From Callorhinchus milii (lineage: Eukaryota): 64,000 nt of DNA. The DNA lies in assembly GCF_018977255.1 (NCBI RefSeq), contig NW_024704743.1, positions 25,794,001 to 25,858,000 on the forward strand. The letters are read 5' to 3'. The notes beneath the pieces were generated by a model that was not told the origin of the DNA, did no database searches, and saw only the letters and a list, made by a program, of their open reading frames with translations. A program made the position numbers and the translations under genes. Below are positions 60,876-64,000 of the stretch, in pieces (within the stretch, counting starts at the first letter, position 1; every line of letters starts with the position of its first letter).

Positions 60876-61789
60876 TGTCTTATACATTCACCTAAAGGTT
60901 GGCTGGCTGATAAAAAACACTCCAAAGAAAATAGGAAAACAAGAAAGTTCAATGACTTCACAATGGCCACTTATATATAGTAGATATCAAGCCCTTAGCA
61001 TAAACTTCAAAGCCTGAAGGTTTCATTAATTGCACATCTACTTCAACCCAACCGTGTAATTATTAGCTACAATTATAAAAATTATAATACAAGTACAGTA
61101 TCGTAAATTTCATTTTGTATTACCTCATTATCCCCACACCCTCATTACTTTAATGCTGTAACATTGTAATTCAGAGAGGAAAGGGAGGGAAAGGAAAGAG
61201 TGAAAAAATGATCCAGTTAATTTAATGCCAGGTCACTAATGTGCTCTGTGGCGACATCTTCTAAGGCAATCTGGAATGTTCTAATGCTCATTTCCTGAAC
61301 ATTAGCAGTGAACCTAAACAATTTGTAGAGGTTTGTAAAAGTTGACACATTCCTAGCATTTCTACCTCAGCGAAGCAGGTAGAATGTGAGTTCAGAGTCT
61401 TATCAGACAAAAAAACACTGCTTTCCAGTCAACATGTATTGCTTTTGCACAGCCCTCAGGAATAACATTTTAAATATTTCTGCTGACCATGGGAAAAGTT
61501 AGATAATAAATTGATTATTTGCACAAACATGAAAGATCAATCATAATAGATTGAGTTCCGACCGGTATTTATAAAGGCAATTACATTATGGAGTAATAAA
61601 CCCAATGTGAAGGTCCCAATCATAAAGATAGAAACTGTTTTGAAATTATTTTTTCTTCTTCTAAAGTCATTCCTAGTACAGCTACAGTCAGCTGTAGAAA
61701 ACTGAAATCAGGTAGAAAGAATGGAGGCTTGGATCCATTGGGTAACATGGAAATGGATTCCACAAGTAGAAAGGGAATCATTTAGTCTC

Positions 61790-62135
61790 GGCTGACACGC
61801 CAATGCAGAGCTGGGGGTGTGTTGTATTGTTGGGAGGTGCCATCCCTCAGATGAGACATTGAATCGCGATCCCATCTACCTGTTCAGGAGGACGTTAAAG
61901 ATCCCATGGCACTATTCAAAAAGAGAAGAAAGTTTATCCCAGTGTCCTGGCCAACAAACCTTCTGATAAAATTGGTCATCCAGTGCATGGCTGTTTGTGG
62001 GCCATTGCTGTGTGCAAATTGGCTGCCATATTTGCCTACAAAAATACAGTCACCACACTGTATAGTAAATTCTATGAAGCACTTTTGACGATGTGATGAT
62101 GCGCTGTGTCAAATGCAAGGGTTACCATTATTTCA
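61790..62135 (+). mobile_element. SINE family A, 5'-truncated
   Basis: ggctgacacgccaatgcag...tcagatgagac...gttaaagatcccatggcactattc...tcaaatgcaagg. Confidence 0.85.
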
Positions 62136-62411
62136 TAATGGCTGAAATTAGTCTGTGAATACCATCATTACCTCAAGAGACATCAACTGAGTGGAAGGGG
62201 CAAAGAAAAAAGGAGCCAATGTGCATTCAGTGCTGCATTCCGAATCCCAACGAGAACTTCCATTCCCTGTGTTGATTTCATGATCAAGTTGTTTTTTTTA
62301 TTGAAACTAACCAGTTTGTAACAAAGATGATAGTTAAAATTAACCTATTAATAATGGGGGAAGAGAATAGAAGAGAAGAACATCAAAGCCTAACCCACTT
62401 CAGAATATAAT

Positions 62412-62640
62412 TGAGTTCAATTCCAGGCAGGGCGAAACCTTGGGCAAGTTTCCTTACTCCACACGCCTAATAATAATCCCTCCAAAAAAAACCAAAACAA
62501 TAATAAATTGGCCATTTTCAATCTTGCTGTGCGCAATTGGCTGCCGCGTTCGCCCACTTCAGTGTGTTCTGTGAAGCGCTTTGGGACGTCCTCCTGACGT
62601 GAAAAGCGCTATATCAAATGCAAGGATTATTGTTATTATA
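62412..62640 (+). mobile_element. SINE family B (short variant)
   Basis: gttcaattccaggcagggcgaaaccttgggcaagtttccttactccacacgcc...aaagcgctatatcaaatgcaaggattattgttatta. Confidence 0.88.
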
Positions 62641-62687
62641 ATGCAGTGACAAAGTTCTCAACAGCTTCTACCACACCTCATCAATGT

Positions 62688-62900
62688 CTAGAATCATAGA
62701 ATCTTACAGCACAGACAGAGGTCCATCATGCCTGTGCCAGATCTTTGAACGAGCTATCCAATTAGTCCCACTCCCCCACTCCCCATAACCTTGCAATTTT
62801 TTTTCCTTTTCAAGTATAAATCCAATTCCCTTTTGAAAGTTATTATTGAATTTGCTTCTACCACCCTTTCACGCTGTGCATTCTAGATTGCAACAACGTC
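62688..62900 (-). mobile_element. CR1 LINE 3' end
   Basis: tagaatcatagaatcttacagcacag...gagctatccaattagtcccactcc...tccaattcccttttgaaag. Confidence 0.85.
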
Positions 62901-63688
62901 TAAAGCATCAATCTAGGATGAAGGTAAGAGAAAGATATATGCAATGTAACATCACTTCTTGTAGAATCAGAGAAAAAAGATTCAAAGTGTGCCTTTACAA
63001 TTCGTTTCACACCCTCTCTTCTTTCCCTGTTTCCCCAAATACATACTTTCAGCAGCGCTCCGGGACACTACCCCAGGTGAAGGGCACTGTATAAATGCAA
63101 GTTGTTGTATCAGAACTAAACTGCTTTGCCCTTGTAACTCATCTCATACATTTGTTTCTCTGATATTTTAAAGATGTTCTACAAATCAGCCTGTTTTCCA
63201 CAGGCCTGCAGCTTATTTGACTGTAAACCCTATAGTAAAGTTACATTAGCATCTACAATCAATCGTCTGGGAAGCCAGAGGTGGCCACCTCACAGCAAAA
63301 ACCAAATTGAAAAAAATACACATAAATATACATACATGAAGCAAAGAACCACAGGCCAATACCAATGTCACTTATTCCTTTAATTTAGAGAAGATTGAAA
63401 CTCAGAGAAAGTATTAATCAGTAGCACAACTGCATCAGATGCAATAGCACGGTGGGTCAGAATGAAACTTAAAAGAACTGGTATTTCAACAACTTTGGAC
63501 CTTAATTTAACATCTTAGCCAAAGGATGGTACCTCGCCTAATGCAGCACTGTGCATCAATGTAGACTATGAGCTTAAGTCCTGATGTAGGGCTTGAACCC
63601 ACAATCATTTCACCCAGAGATGACAATCCTACTAACTGAGCTAGGCTGATACCTTGACATGCCAAATGGAGGTGAAGCCAAGAAGAGG

Positions 63689-63905
63689 AACAACAACAAC
63701 AAGATTTCATTTATAGAGTGCCTTTCACGTCGGGAGGATGTCCCAAGGCGCTGGACAGTTGGGTCAGGACCTGAGCAGGGGGGAAATGGTCAGGGTGAGG
63801 GGAGGGAAGGGAGGGAGCGAGGAGGGGGTAGAGAGTCGAGAGGGGAGCTGAAGGCACGGTCAAAGAGAAAGGTCTTGAGACCGGCCTTGAAGGAGGAAAG
63901 GGAGG
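63689..63905 (-). mobile_element. L2 LINE 3' end
   Basis: (aac)n aagatttcatttatagagtgcctttcacgtcgggaggatgtcccaaggcgctg...gtcttgagaccggccttgaaggagg; near-identical to the reverse complement of 17580-17774. Confidence 0.9.
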
Positions 63906-64000
63906 AATGAAGGAGGAAAGGGAGGAAAGAGGGAAGATAAAAACGTGTGCCTAAATGTTAAGCAAAGAGCACTTTTTAAAAGGATAAAGGAAATGTATAG

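Larger units (their letters stand above)
31829..64000 (-). other. NKD2: NKD2 long intron (intron 3 equivalent, more than 32 kb, 5' end outside the window)
   Basis: By eye I found no sequence encoding the N-terminal MGKxxSK / RRESPEG / DSF exons. The region is repeat-rich and non-coding. Confidence 0.75.

Noticed and set aside
1..64000. CRISPR array, operon or other prokaryotic-type system
   Set aside because: The sequence is a spliced vertebrate gene. The recurring motifs are dispersed SINE/LINE tails, not regularly spaced repeat-spacer units.

Overview
Vertebrate (eukaryotic) genomic DNA. The repeat content suggests a cartilaginous fish, possibly a chimaera; this is inferred from remembered SINE families, not from a search. 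The whole window lies inside one minus-strand gene, NKD2 (naked cuticle homolog 2, a Dishevelled-binding Wnt antagonist). Seven coding exons, equivalent to human exons 4-10, can be read with GT-AG boundaries and consistent phases: 31768-31828, 19282-19400, 13895-13990, 10696-10843, 8835-8919, 6552-6679 and 2080-2660. They total 1218 nt (405 aa plus stop) and are followed by about 2 kb of 3' UTR. I could not find exons 1-3, so 31829-64000 is most likely part of a long intron 3. The introns are dense with mobile-element relics: three tRNA-derived SINE families, a 2.5-kb L2 LINE nested in a SINE with a 6-bp TSD, CR1 3' ends, a pogo/Tigger deletion derivative that keeps its HTH ORF, a TTAA-CCCT (piggyBac-like) dispersed family, a probable DDE transposase fossil, and several palindromic MITE-like elements. 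Almost all ORFs in the supplied track are spurious. I found no convincing novel multi-gene system. The best leads are a transposon-adjacent candidate alternative first exon for NKD2, a Penelope-like inverted/direct-repeat structure with a degraded hammerhead-like core, and paired TCF/LEF motifs in intron 3.
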